From the IMG/VR virus record IMGVR_UViG_3300045988_159115: a DNA stretch of 64,000 nucleotides; one strand, given 5' to 3'. Shown piece by piece: positions 17,415 to 26,184 of the stretch; positions within the stretch are counted from its first letter, which is position 1; each line of letters opens with the position of its first letter. The translations under genes and the position numbers were made by a program. Origin of the DNA: a virus. The notes beneath the pieces were generated by a model that saw only the letters and a program-made list of their open reading frames with translations, was not told the DNA's origin and did not search any database.

Positions 17415-18005
17415 TTATGCACCCTTGATCAGGCACATAGTGGTAGACTTGATATTACCACCAGCCCAAGCTGTGTTGTAATCTGCCATAGAAGCGAAAG
17501 TTTTGAAGCTTTCAGATGCGGCAGTGGCGGAAGATTTTGCTTCGGCTGCGATACTCTTAGCAGAGTCAGCTGTGCTCTTTGCAGTATTAGCAACGGACTT
17601 CGCTGAGTCCGCTGCTGTCTTAGCAGCATTTGCAGTTGTAACCGCATTGGATGCTGCCTTAGACGCGGCGCTTGCTGAATCCTTTGCTGTTGTAGCATTA
17701 GACATTGCTGTGTTAGAGTTAGTCAGCGCTGTGTCAGCAGTACTCTTTGCAGTATTTGCAGTCTTAGTAGCTGCATCTGCTGCGGTCTTAGCTGCATTTG
17801 CTGTGGAGTTGGCAGTGTTTGCTGTAGACTGAGCTTTGCTGGTAGCAGTATCCATGCTGGTGATCTTGGAAGCCAGCGTAGTACCTGTGCCGTTCATGAT
17901 AACGAGATTGCTCAGGGTACGAGGCAGGAACGGGATCTTACCATTGACGTTACCAGAAGAATCGAACGTCTTTTTATACAGCACACCCATTAAGGCATTT
18001 GCCAT
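17415..18005 (-). CDS. Ala/Thr/Ser-rich heptad-repeat fibre-like protein (196 aa)
   Basis: The central part of the protein, about 120 residues, consists of 7-residue units (TANTAKS TADTALT NSNTAMS NATTAKD SASAASK AASNAVT TANAAKT AADSAKS VANTAKS TADSAKS IAAEAKS). Confidence 0.7.
   Translation of the reverse strand: MANALMGVLYKKTFDSSGNVNGKIPFLPRTLSNLVIMNGTGTTLASKITSMDTATSKAQSTANTANSTANAAKTAADAATKTANTAKSTADTALTNSNTAMSNATTAKDSASAASKAASNAVTTANAAKTAADSAKSVANTAKSTADSAKSIAAEAKSSATAASESFKTFASMADYNTAWAGGNIKSTTMCLIKGA
17495..17861 (-). repeat. heptad-periodic coding repeat
   Basis: 21-nt periodicity at DNA level (gcNgtcttagcNgcatttgc variants), about 16 heptads. Confidence 0.8.
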
Positions 18006-18033
18006 AGTTTAATTTACCACCTTTCGTTTGAGT

Positions 18034-19014
18034 TTACATCACACGAGCGAGTTCACTGTAGAACCTATTGATATTCTTCGTGTTCTTTATGATATCGTTT
18101 AAAGCCGTCTGACTCACCAAGAATGTGCTCATGACAACGTTCGTAATCACAAAGAATACATAAGGAAGATAATCAATGCTTAAGATAGATGACCCGTGGT
18201 AGGTCTTGATGAATCGTTCGATATAATATCTCAAATTCAGATCACTCATTCGAGGAGACAGCGATTTTACAAACTCTAAGAGATTTGCAATCGTTTTAAT
18301 CTCCATTTTAGAATAAGTGGCATCAAGTGCATCCAAATCAAACTGCTGAATATACTTCAGATCACTGGATGCGTAATTTGAGACAAGACCCGTATTAGGA
18401 TACTCCCATACACATTCCAGATAGAATCTCTTGATACAGTAGCACACTTTATCGTAAAGAACCTTATCCAGAGTGAGAGCATATTCCTTATTCAGGATTC
18501 TTGCCATCATCTCAGTATAGACGGAAGCTGTTGTCATCATCAGCTCTGCATTCTTCATAACCTTTACCGGATCGGTTTGAAGTTTCAGAGCGATATATGC
18601 ACCCTCCATCAGGCCGTAGAGCTGTTTTGCAGGAATGACAAGAATGGAATCGTCTTTAATCGTTGCAAACGCATTGATAAAGATAGTAGAAACGATCTTA
18701 CCATCACTTTTTCTACGTACGATGAAAGGCATGGCAACACCGACCTTTTCTGTATTATTCCAGATAATTTCGATATCGCCATTGTTAAATGCTTCCAGTA
18801 CTTTCTGAGATAGAGGGGAAATACCAGCACCACGACGAATGATCGCATACTGATCTTCAATGTAAGATTTATCAAGCAGAACGCCAGAGGATAAATACTT
18901 GACGATTTTATCTACAACGCCATTCGCTTGATTAAACGTCTTATAGACAAGAGAATCTTCCATTGTATTTTCACAGACGTAGTCGGCATCTGTGAGAAAG
19001 CGTGAAATATCCAT
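18034..19014 (-). CDS. hypothetical protein (326 aa), probably late/structural by context
   Basis: AAAGGAG lies 6 nt upstream of ATG 19014, and motif M2 precedes the gene. Confidence 0.7.
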   Translation of the reverse strand: MDISRFLTDADYVCENTMEDSLVYKTFNQANGVVDKIVKYLSSGVLLDKSYIEDQYAIIRRGAGISPLSQKVLEAFNNGDIEIIWNNTEKVGVAMPFIVRRKSDGKIVSTIFINAFATIKDDSILVIPAKQLYGLMEGAYIALKLQTDPVKVMKNAELMMTTASVYTEMMARILNKEYALTLDKVLYDKVCYCIKRFYLECVWEYPNTGLVSNYASSDLKYIQQFDLDALDATYSKMEIKTIANLLEFVKSLSPRMSDLNLRYYIERFIKTYHGSSILSIDYLPYVFFVITNVVMSTFLVSQTALNDIIKNTKNINRFYSELARVM

Positions 19015-19057
19015 ATCTATCTCCTTTCTTTCGTTATTTATTTAGCTAAATAAGTGA

Positions 19058-19087
19058 CTTACCCTATTGTTTTTAAGGGGTATATTG
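19058..19087 (-). promoter_or_regulatory. TAAAAACA upstream motif (copy M2) with CCCTT..AAGGG/TAGGG dyad
   Basis: Gene orientation is CAATATACCCCTTAAAAACAATAGGGTAAG. The plus-strand 18-mer cttaccctattgttttta is identical to the one at 55986-56003. Confidence 0.5.
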
Positions 19088-19088
19088 A

Positions 19089-19128
19089 GCAAAAAGAGAG
19101 ATTACGGATAATCTCACGTAATCTCTCT
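19089..19128 (-). terminator. intrinsic terminator
   Basis: Stem agagagattacg/cgtaatctctct followed by TTTTTGC on the minus strand. Confidence 0.7.
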
Positions 19129-19157
19129 TAGTTTTTGGAAAATTGGAGTACTCCAAA

Positions 19158-20168
19158 TTAGATGTCCATGTATGCGAAGATATCATCCCAGCTGGAAGAC
19201 TCGCTCAGGAAGCTACCGGATGCAAAGTCGGAGTATGCACTACTATTAACATTCTGCTCCTTCGTCTTGTCATCTTTAGGAGCGGGGGTACCGCTCTTAG
19301 GTGCAGCAGCATCCTGTTCATCCTTAGGCGTCTGCTCGGCTGCCGGAGTTTCAGCTGCTGCAGCTTGAGCACCAGTTCCACCACCTGCTGCGTTTGCTGC
19401 TTCTTCCTCTTTCGGATCCAGCTTAAGCTCCTTACCGTCTGCGCCTTTCTCTTCTTGGGCATTAAGTTTTTCAGCAGATTTATTGATCATCTGGCCGATT
19501 TTCTTTCTCATCCAACCAACGAGGGTAACCTTTTCAGCCTTAAAATCCTTAAAGATTTTTGTAAGCATAGCAGCACCTGACGCACCAAGTGCTGTGACAA
19601 CGCTCGCATTTGGATGATCTTTGATATATTGGGCAGCATCACTACCATCCTTGATAGCGGTTGCCTGCAGGTCGACAAATTTCTTGTATGTCATCTTAAC
19701 CTTTCGACCTGCAAAAATTGATGCGCCAATACTAGCCGCAATACCAGCAATTCGAGCAGCAATACCTGGTGTGCTATGACCTGATGTGATTTCGTGGCAG
19801 AGACCGCTGAACTTCTTGTAAAGGCTTACCTTTTCGGCATTTACCGGAATGACAGGGTTGCCTTTAAATTCGATACCGAAGATCGCAGAAATAATACCCT
19901 GTAACCAGCTCACGAATTTATCCCAGATTTCCTTGACGCCCTCAGTATACACCTGAGCCTGCTCCTGGAAATCGGAGAAATCCATACAGCCGTTTGCAGC
20001 TTCCATGGCAACACCCATGAAGGTATTTTCCAGAGCTTCATACTCGGCAACAATGTGATCGCCCTCGATATCCATGACCTTTTCCAGCATCTGAGTGGCC
20101 TGGGGACCAGAAATTTCACCACTCTGATACGACTCATAAATACTACGACGTAAATCATTATAAGTCAT
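19158..20168 (-). CDS. hypothetical protein (336 aa) with a low-complexity A/P/E/K C-terminal region
   Basis: SD is TAAAGGAG. The C-terminal third reads ...EEKGADGKELKLDPKEEEAANAAGGGTGAQAAAAETPAAEQTPKDEQDAAAPKSGTPAPKDDKTKEQ. A scaffold or internal-protein-like character is inference only. Confidence 0.65.
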   Translation of the reverse strand: MTYNDLRRSIYESYQSGEISGPQATQMLEKVMDIEGDHIVAEYEALENTFMGVAMEAANGCMDFSDFQEQAQVYTEGVKEIWDKFVSWLQGIISAIFGIEFKGNPVIPVNAEKVSLYKKFSGLCHEITSGHSTPGIAARIAGIAASIGASIFAGRKVKMTYKKFVDLQATAIKDGSDAAQYIKDHPNASVVTALGASGAAMLTKIFKDFKAEKVTLVGWMRKKIGQMINKSAEKLNAQEEKGADGKELKLDPKEEEAANAAGGGTGAQAAAAETPAAEQTPKDEQDAAAPKSGTPAPKDDKTKEQNVNSSAYSDFASGSFLSESSSWDDIFAYMDI

Positions 20169-20268
20169 AATGTATTCTCCTTTACATTAAAAATTTAAAG
20201 TCCCAGAATATCTAGGACACAATTGGTTAATTAGCTGTTTCTCGGAAAACGCATCGAGGTGATTAATT

Positions 20269-21060
20269 ATGAAAGCGTTTTTATCAGTTCTATTCATTCC
20301 ACTGGCTGCTATTCTCTTATCGGTTAACGTAAACTACACAAAAGAATTTGGCCTTGTAGCCGACGCATCTTATCATGATACGACGATGTCGATTGCGTCA
20401 GACTATTCAGATCGTCAAATGGTTACAGACAAAGAAAAAGCGTATCTTCATCAATTTGGCGAGAAAAAATTTAATGAGGTCTGGACTTCGCTATTGAAAG
20501 ACGAATTATCTACTCTTGATGAAGAAAACGATTATACATCGGTTGTAGATACTTTCAGTAAGTTTTATCGTCTCTATAAAGAAGTCTATCCAGATTCTCA
20601 GCAAGTTTCAGATCTTGACTCTCTCTATCAAGAGGGCTTGAAGCTCTTTAATATTATTTCAAATTCAGAGTCTTCTTATGGATTTAATCTGTCTCGATAT
20701 CTTATTCTTTTAAAGGGAGCTACGATTCAGATTCATTCCAAAATCAACGCTTCTAATCAAAGCATCATTGCGTCTTATTCTCATCCATACTATGGATATT
20801 TTTACGTAAATATCTTAAACCAGCCAGATCAATCTTTCTCTGGCGATTTGATTTTAGCAATTCCAGATTCTATTCCGGTCACAGAAGGAAGTATCTTGAG
20901 AACAGATGTTGGCCTGTTCGATGATACAGAAAATTCTTCGGAGACATATGGGATCGTAATGAATAGAAGTGTCTATGAGGATGAAATGAGAACGTATGAA
21001 AACGCTCTAGTTTCATATTACATTGAGCTTCCTCAAAAGATCTTAGATAGATTCTTATAA
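20269..21060 (+). CDS. membrane-anchored/secreted hypothetical protein (263 aa), paralog of 23303-24049
   Basis: There is an N-terminal hydrophobic segment FLSVLFIPLAAILLSV. Shared motifs with the paralog are F.EVWTSLLKDELS and F..FY.LY...YPDS. Confidence 0.7.
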   Translation: MKAFLSVLFIPLAAILLSVNVNYTKEFGLVADASYHDTTMSIASDYSDRQMVTDKEKAYLHQFGEKKFNEVWTSLLKDELSTLDEENDYTSVVDTFSKFYRLYKEVYPDSQQVSDLDSLYQEGLKLFNIISNSESSYGFNLSRYLILLKGATIQIHSKINASNQSIIASYSHPYYGYFYVNILNQPDQSFSGDLILAIPDSIPVTEGSILRTDVGLFDDTENSSETYGIVMNRSVYEDEMRTYENALVSYYIELPQKILDRFL

Positions 21061-21061
21061 A

Positions 21062-21103
21062 AAAGAAGAAGGAGTACCTAATGCCAAGGTACTCCTTCTT
21101 TTT
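21062..21103. terminator. bidirectional terminator between convergent genes
   Basis: Stem aagaaggagtacct/aggtactccttctt, flanked by an A-run and a T-run. Confidence 0.75.
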
Positions 21104-21743
21104 ACTGCTTGAAGGTTCCTCCGTAGTATCTTACGAATAGAGCCATTTCGTCAAATGCATACCCGTCTCTGAATTCTTCTAAGATGAGATTGCACGCAGG
21201 ACCATAGGAATTATAGGTTGAATCATAGTCTGGTTCGTAAAGCATGAATCCTTTCTTTTTCTTATAGAAAGAATATGCATCGTTGTAAAGAAGACTCTGA
21301 AGAGCATCTCGGTATTCCTGTCTAAGTAGACTTGGATCATTGCTCGGATCAATCGCATATTCCCAAACCGAGTCTGCCATCATCATAGTAGTCTCTTCTT
21401 CTCCAGACGTACATGTCACCGTTGTAGGAACTCTTCTCGTTGGATCTTCTTGATCTCTTGCATAGAATCTTCCAACCTGGAGATACTCCCTGGGATACTT
21501 TGCACAGATGCTCATATACATCTCATGGCTCATCTTCGTTTTTACGAAGTTAAATTTCGTCATGTCTCGTAATTCTCTGAACGAGTCTGCGAGAGCCTTA
21601 TCATCGGTGTATGCATACAATCTGGCTGTATCCGTTATATTCATAAACTCCAGTTGATTCAGTTTTACAGGAAGAGGCCCGCTTAAAGTTCCGTTGGAAA
21701 ACGTCATCATCTTTGGCTTCAGATAGAATAGGTAGACTTTCAA
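21102..21743 (-). CDS. MKVY-family paralog 1 (213 aa), TTG start
   Basis: GGAGG lies 7 nt upstream of TTG 21743. The N-terminus is MKVYLFYL, followed by LYAYTDDKALADSFRELRDMTKF and YRDALQSLLY, motifs shared with the genes at 26707, 27222 and 27862. Confidence 0.75.
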   Translation of the reverse strand: MKVYLFYLKPKMMTFSNGTLSGPLPVKLNQLEFMNITDTARLYAYTDDKALADSFRELRDMTKFNFVKTKMSHEMYMSICAKYPREYLQVGRFYARDQEDPTRRVPTTVTCTSGEEETTMMMADSVWEYAIDPSNDPSLLRQEYRDALQSLLYNDAYSFYKKKKGFMLYEPDYDSTYNSYGPACNLILEEFRDGYAFDEMALFVRYYGGTFKQ

Positions 21744-21760
21744 CTACTTCACCTCCATTC

Positions 21761-22186
21761 TTAAGTAATCTTTTCTTGGTAATCGGCTTCCATAGAGAGA
21801 AGCTCTTCCATCGTATCAATCGTTGGAGCCTCCTCTGGATCTATCTCGTCCTCTAAAATTAAGATGGCTTTCTCTATATGCTTTTTCTTTTTATCAGAGA
21901 GATCCGAATATTCCAAGACGTTTAAGAGGACATCTCTAGCGTACTTAATATCATAATTACGCTGACTAGACACATCTTCAAGAGCAGTATAATATTTCGA
22001 CGGAATATAGTCTTCCCCATATCGAACCAAAATCAAATCTGCTCTATCGGATGCTGCTAGTTCCTTTTTTCTTACTTTCACAATCCCACTGATAAACTTC
22101 TTGTTTTTCACAACGAAGCTATTGATATGATCAAGGTCGTCGCTTATTGCAAGAAGCTTTCCACCTGTGGAAATTACACCATACAC
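21761..22186 (-). CDS. hypothetical protein (141 aa), GTG start
   Basis: This is the only open start in the frame, and the gene is tightly packed between neighbours. Confidence 0.6.
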   Translation of the reverse strand: MYGVISTGGKLLAISDDLDHINSFVVKNKKFISGIVKVRKKELAASDRADLILVRYGEDYIPSKYYTALEDVSSQRNYDIKYARDVLLNVLEYSDLSDKKKKHIEKAILILEDEIDPEEAPTIDTMEELLSMEADYQEKIT

Positions 22187-22218
22187 ACTCGGTACTCACA
22201 TCCTTTCTTTCTTACTCG

Positions 22219-22719
22219 TTAGACACAGAGTGCAAGATCATGTACCTTTACGAGTTTCGTGATAAAATTGACGGGCAAAACTTCTTTCACATAGGAAGTT
22301 CTTAAGAAGATTCCAATGACTTCGGCAATCTTCAAAGCGATCGTTTTTACAATCGGGATCACTGCACCCAGTACGGCCATGACTGTATCCAGGAATCCGA
22401 TTTTCGTCCATTTCTCACTGATCTTTTTCCTTTCCTTGATGCCCTGGATGGAATAATAGAATTCCTTCTCTTTCCCATTGATCATGGTACGATGCTTTCG
22501 ATCAACTCGTTTGTCGACTTCAAAGAGTCTCATCCGAGTATATTCGATCTCATCGAGAATGGAATCAATATTTCGATCCAGAGCGCTCTTATACTGATTG
22601 ATTCCCTTCTTAAGGCGTTTTGCATTCTTCTCCTTTCCATCGTCCCAGAAGAGTTCGTCGTGCCAATTTACTTCATACCCCCATTTCTTACTTCCTTTGC
22701 TTTTCTTTTTCTTGGCCAT
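22219..22719 (-). CDS. hypothetical protein (166 aa), basic N-terminus and C-terminal TM
   Basis: The N-terminus is MAKKKKSKGSKKW... and there is a hydrophobic stretch FLDTVMAVLGAVIPIVKTIALKIAEVIGIFL. Confidence 0.65.
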   Translation of the reverse strand: MAKKKKSKGSKKWGYEVNWHDELFWDDGKEKNAKRLKKGINQYKSALDRNIDSILDEIEYTRMRLFEVDKRVDRKHRTMINGKEKEFYYSIQGIKERKKISEKWTKIGFLDTVMAVLGAVIPIVKTIALKIAEVIGIFLRTSYVKEVLPVNFITKLVKVHDLALCV

Positions 22720-22777
22720 GATTTTGCGTACCTTCCTTATGTGAGATTCTTGACTAAGTAATTTCCCTAGTCTAATA

Positions 22778-22787
22778 TATAATATAT
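22778..22787 (-). promoter_or_regulatory. ATATATTATA promoter-like motif (P6)
   Basis: Gene orientation is CATTTATATATTATATATTAGAC, 59 nt upstream of ATG 22719. Confidence 0.45.
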
Positions 22788-22928
22788 AAATGAATCTAAA
22801 AACAATAAATTAGCTCCTACTTGAGGTTGCGAACGTTTTTGCTTTGCCGCTCGTAGACGCTCATGCAACGTAAGAGCTTTTAGGGGAAAGCGACAAAAGA
22901 AGGGTGAACCTTTTGTCGTGGGAAGGTG

Positions 22929-22977
22929 ATACAGCCAGCCGGTTTGTCTTTGTGATAGCCGGCTGGCTGTATTTTTA
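22929..22977 (+). terminator. plus-strand intrinsic terminator 1 in the non-coding island
   Basis: Stem atacagccagccgg/ccggctggctgtat followed by TTTTT. Confidence 0.7.
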
Positions 22978-23140
22978 ATCTTATAACAAAATGATAGCGA
23001 TGAAGCAGAGAGCTACATATGCTCATCGTATCAAGTAATGTAGCACAGGTATTATCCTTTTTCTACATTTCATTACCGCAAATTTCATTTTCGTTTTCAC
23101 ACCAACCGTTTTCGAAACAAACCCAAGCTTCATTCTGCCA

Positions 23141-23182
23141 AAAGACCACCTATAGTGCCGCAAGCTATAGGTGGTCTTTTAT
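23141..23182 (+). terminator. plus-strand intrinsic terminator 2 in the non-coding island
   Basis: Stem aaagaccacctatag/ctataggtggtcttt followed by TTAT. Confidence 0.65.
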
Positions 23183-23259
23183 TGCTAGAACAAAGTCTTA
23201 TGGGAGTACCATAGAAAGACTTTCTCTGCATTGTGACGCTTTTTCGGTTTCTCTTTTTC

Positions 23260-23304
23260 CCGGCGACTCAGCTACTATTTCAGTAAACTGAGTCGCCGGT
23301 TTTT
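23260..23304 (+). terminator. plus-strand intrinsic terminator 3 in the non-coding island
   Basis: Stem ccggcgactcag/ctgagtcgccgg followed by TTTTT. It abuts the stop of the convergent gene 23303-24049. Confidence 0.7.
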
Positions 23305-24049
23305 AATTGTCTTCAATGACGCCAATTGCTCTTAAAATCTTCATGGGATTCGTTTTATTATAATTATCTTCCATCCGAATGAAATCACTAATAACTTCTT
23401 CATGCTCTTTGGAGAAGGCAACTCCAACTTTCATATCCTTATAGGTAACATCTGTCGTTACAACACTAAGAGTTTGAGTGCTTCCAATTTCAAATGGAGT
23501 AAAAGAAGCTAATATGATTTCTTTATGGATTCCATAATGCGCTTTGTAATAGCTCACATTGGAATCTGTTTTTAAGAGCTCATCAATCACAAAGTCATTC
23601 ATCACAGCACTATCAATACCAAGCTCATTGAGATAATTCATGGTATCTCCGTATTCAGTGTGCTCGTAGATGACTTTGATTGTGATCCAGTAAAGACTAT
23701 AGTATTTCTTTAGACATGCGCTATCAGGATAAATCGTATCGTATAATTCATAATACGATACGAAAGTCTCATTCATCTGATTGCGACTATAATTCGATGA
23801 GGGTTTCGTAAGACGAGACACCTCATCTTCTTTTAAGGCGGTTAGCCAGACTTGATAGAATTCTTCATCTGTCATAGAGTTTCGGATACTCTCTACATCA
23901 CGCATAGTAAGAGATTCGGAATCTTTGACAGCACTTTTCAGAAAAGGGATACTCACACTAACTGCATTCACTTTCATAAAACCATACCCGAAGATGATAA
24001 GATATACGATAAGGACGACCAAGGCATATGGCCAAATTCGTTTGTTCAT
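23303..24049 (-). CDS. membrane-anchored hypothetical protein (248 aa), paralog of 20269-21060
   Basis: SD is AAAGGAG. There is an N-terminal TM segment WPYALVVLIVYLIIFGYGF. Shared motifs are FYQVWLTALKEDEVS and F.SYYELYDTIYPDS. Confidence 0.7.
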   Translation of the reverse strand: MNKRIWPYALVVLIVYLIIFGYGFMKVNAVSVSIPFLKSAVKDSESLTMRDVESIRNSMTDEEFYQVWLTALKEDEVSRLTKPSSNYSRNQMNETFVSYYELYDTIYPDSACLKKYYSLYWITIKVIYEHTEYGDTMNYLNELGIDSAVMNDFVIDELLKTDSNVSYYKAHYGIHKEIILASFTPFEIGSTQTLSVVTTDVTYKDMKVGVAFSKEHEEVISDFIRMEDNYNKTNPMKILRAIGVIEDN

Positions 24050-24117
24050 GATAGGATCTCCTTTGTGAAAAAGATACGGTATGACATTTAGAATTGTGTC
24101 ATACCGTATCTAATTTA

Positions 24118-25275
24118 TCAGCCTACCACAGATTCAACGATCTGAAGATAGATATTGATGTCGTTCTTGAGAGCTTCGATTTCCTCATCCTGGAAAGGAG
24201 TTGCAACGAAATCCTTCACTTTTGCCATGGACATTTGCACGGTGTAAGTGATCGGAGTACCGTTGAAGATGAAGTTGAACTTATTCAGATCAACTGTCTG
24301 AGAGGAATCCAGCTCAACCTTAAACGAGTTGATGTAGTTAATCGCACTGGAAATGCGTGCATTATACTTCGTGATGATATCATCACTGACGTTGACGTTT
24401 TCCTTCTTATAGACGAGATTCAGATTCTCGTACTCTACGACTTTCCAAGAATCCCGTGCTCCAAAGAAAATCTGAGAGAAGAGATCGAATGTCGTATTGA
24501 ATACGAAGCCGATCGTGATATCTTCCGGGAAAACATACGGAGACGATTCCTGCGAAGCTTTGATACGATCAACCTGAAGAGCGAGGTTTTTCGGATCGGT
24601 TCCGAGGAAGTTCAGCTGGCCAAATGGAGTATTGACGTATGCGATATTGCAGATAGCATCGGAGTAGTCAAAGAAGTTCTTCTTTGCCTCGAACATCGAG
24701 ACTGCATCAACAGCCTTCATATGAGAAAGCATATATGCATAGAAGTTCTGTACGAATCGACCAGCACAGTTGGATTCAACAGCTTCATCGCCAGCATACT
24801 CTGTCCACGTTTTTGAAGTATGCTTTTCGTTATCAGTGGTCGTGAAGACTTCATTTACAACCGCACCAGTAACTGCCATGATAGCAGCGCCATTGAAGAT
24901 AGCCAGGACATGATGCTTCATGCAGCCAACGGGCAGTACATTATTGACATTGCACTTATTAGCGTCGATGTCTGAGTCGTGAATCATTTCGCCATGGATA
25001 GACAGAATCGCATCCAGCTTCTGATGAACGTCCATCTGCTTCTCTTTATTGACGAAATTCTCGAACTTCATGTCCAGTTCACGAAGTTCAGAACAGAAGG
25101 TTTTCAGATAGAACTTCTCCATGGTGGTAATGTCTTCCATCTCAATGCTGAGCATTGCATGCTGGACGTACTTACCAAAATCGGAGCCGAATCCGGACTT
25201 ATTCAGTTTTGCTGCATCCTTGTAGCCTTCAAACAAACGCTGAAAACCACAAGCTCTTACCTTTTTGATAATCAT
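24118..25275 (-). CDS. hypothetical protein (385 aa), last gene of the gmk operon
   Basis: SD is GAGGTGA, and an ATGA overlap joins it to the upstream gene. No catalytic motif recognised. Confidence 0.7.
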   Translation of the reverse strand: MIIKKVRACGFQRLFEGYKDAAKLNKSGFGSDFGKYVQHAMLSIEMEDITTMEKFYLKTFCSELRELDMKFENFVNKEKQMDVHQKLDAILSIHGEMIHDSDIDANKCNVNNVLPVGCMKHHVLAIFNGAAIMAVTGAVVNEVFTTTDNEKHTSKTWTEYAGDEAVESNCAGRFVQNFYAYMLSHMKAVDAVSMFEAKKNFFDYSDAICNIAYVNTPFGQLNFLGTDPKNLALQVDRIKASQESSPYVFPEDITIGFVFNTTFDLFSQIFFGARDSWKVVEYENLNLVYKKENVNVSDDIITKYNARISSAINYINSFKVELDSSQTVDLNKFNFIFNGTPITYTVQMSMAKVKDFVATPFQDEEIEALKNDINIYLQIVESVVG

Positions 25276-25466
25276 TCGCTTTCACCTCGTAATTCAGTAT
25301 CTTTTACTAGAATCTTGCATGTGTAGATTCCGTTTTCGAACGTTGCATTGTCACAGTGGCTGCAAGTTTCTGTAGTCTGCTTATCAGAGCAGAACTGCTT
25401 ATATACCTCATTTGCAGAGCAGCAGCCAAGCGGACAATCATAACCATGAATATTAGTGGTTGGCAT
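25272..25466 (-). CDS. small Cys-rich protein (64 aa, 7 Cys)
   Basis: The sequence reads DCPLGCCS...FC...TCSHC...TC. The gene overlaps both neighbours (14 nt and 4 nt), suggesting translational coupling. Confidence 0.6.
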   Translation of the reverse strand: MPTTNIHGYDCPLGCCSANEVYKQFCSDKQTTETCSHCDNATFENGIYTCKILVKDTELRGESE

Positions 25467-26079
25467 ATTCTTTCATCCTCTCTTTTCGATCAGTATCAAT
25501 GATATCATCCATGTATAGAATGATATTGCGTGTAGTATTAAATGCATACCCGTCGTTATTGAAAGTATTTTCAGGACGGATTCCAGCATCATATAATACT
25601 TTTTGAGTATATCTCTCCTCGTCAGATTGGAATCTTCGCTTGAACTCTTCGAAGTTCGGATGCTCAAGACGCATTTCACGCATTTCAAGTCTCTTATAGC
25701 GAATACCACTGTCGATGGAGATATAGATGGGATAGACTGTGATTCCAGGAACTGCCATGCAGGTTGGGATCACATCCGGCGTCATGGTTGTGATGGAATA
25801 ATTTGATTCAGGAAATCCTGTACCATATTTCCATACGTCACCCTGTGCCTGAGTGTATTTTCTATGTTCCATGAGGAGGTTGTGCTGAATCATCAGTTCG
25901 AATTGGTCATCCGTAATGAAGAAGTATTCATCAGAATTCTTTTCATTACTTCTCATAGGACGAGTTGTGTAGCTCTGGAGTTTTTCGATATCTTTTCCTT
26001 TTACTTCTCGGATCATGTTGAGAATTGTGGATTTTCCACTACCAGTTTTTCCGAGAAGAACGAATACAAGTTTATTCAT
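25453..26079 (-). CDS. gmk: guanylate kinase-like nucleoside monophosphate kinase (208 aa)
   Basis: There is a P-loop LLGKTGSGKST and the motif YTTRPMRSNEKNSDEYFFITDDQF, matching the guanylate kinase signature TTR.pR..E..G.dY.F. The start is set at ATG 26079, preceded by GGAGGAAAATAAT. Confidence 0.75.
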   Translation of the reverse strand: MNKLVFVLLGKTGSGKSTILNMIREVKGKDIEKLQSYTTRPMRSNEKNSDEYFFITDDQFELMIQHNLLMEHRKYTQAQGDVWKYGTGFPESNYSITTMTPDVIPTCMAVPGITVYPIYISIDSGIRYKRLEMREMRLEHPNFEEFKRRFQSDEERYTQKVLYDAGIRPENTFNNDGYAFNTTRNIILYMDDIIDTDRKERMKEYANH

Positions 26080-26184
26080 ATTATTTTCCTCCGGCATTGA
26101 TGAAGTTTAGAATTCTGTCTTAAGAATAGTTTCTCAGCAAAAACGTAATATTAACGGTTCCACCATAAGAAAGGAGAAATATCT

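Noticed and set aside
22760-22771. The 12-mer AATTTCCCTAGT is repeated at 36190-36201.
   Set aside because: Exact 12-mer repeats are expected by chance many times in 64 kb, and there is no extended similarity around them.
23019-23291. A 90-aa track ORF in the non-coding island.
   Set aside because: It has no SD, runs through two terminator hairpins and has a low-complexity product.
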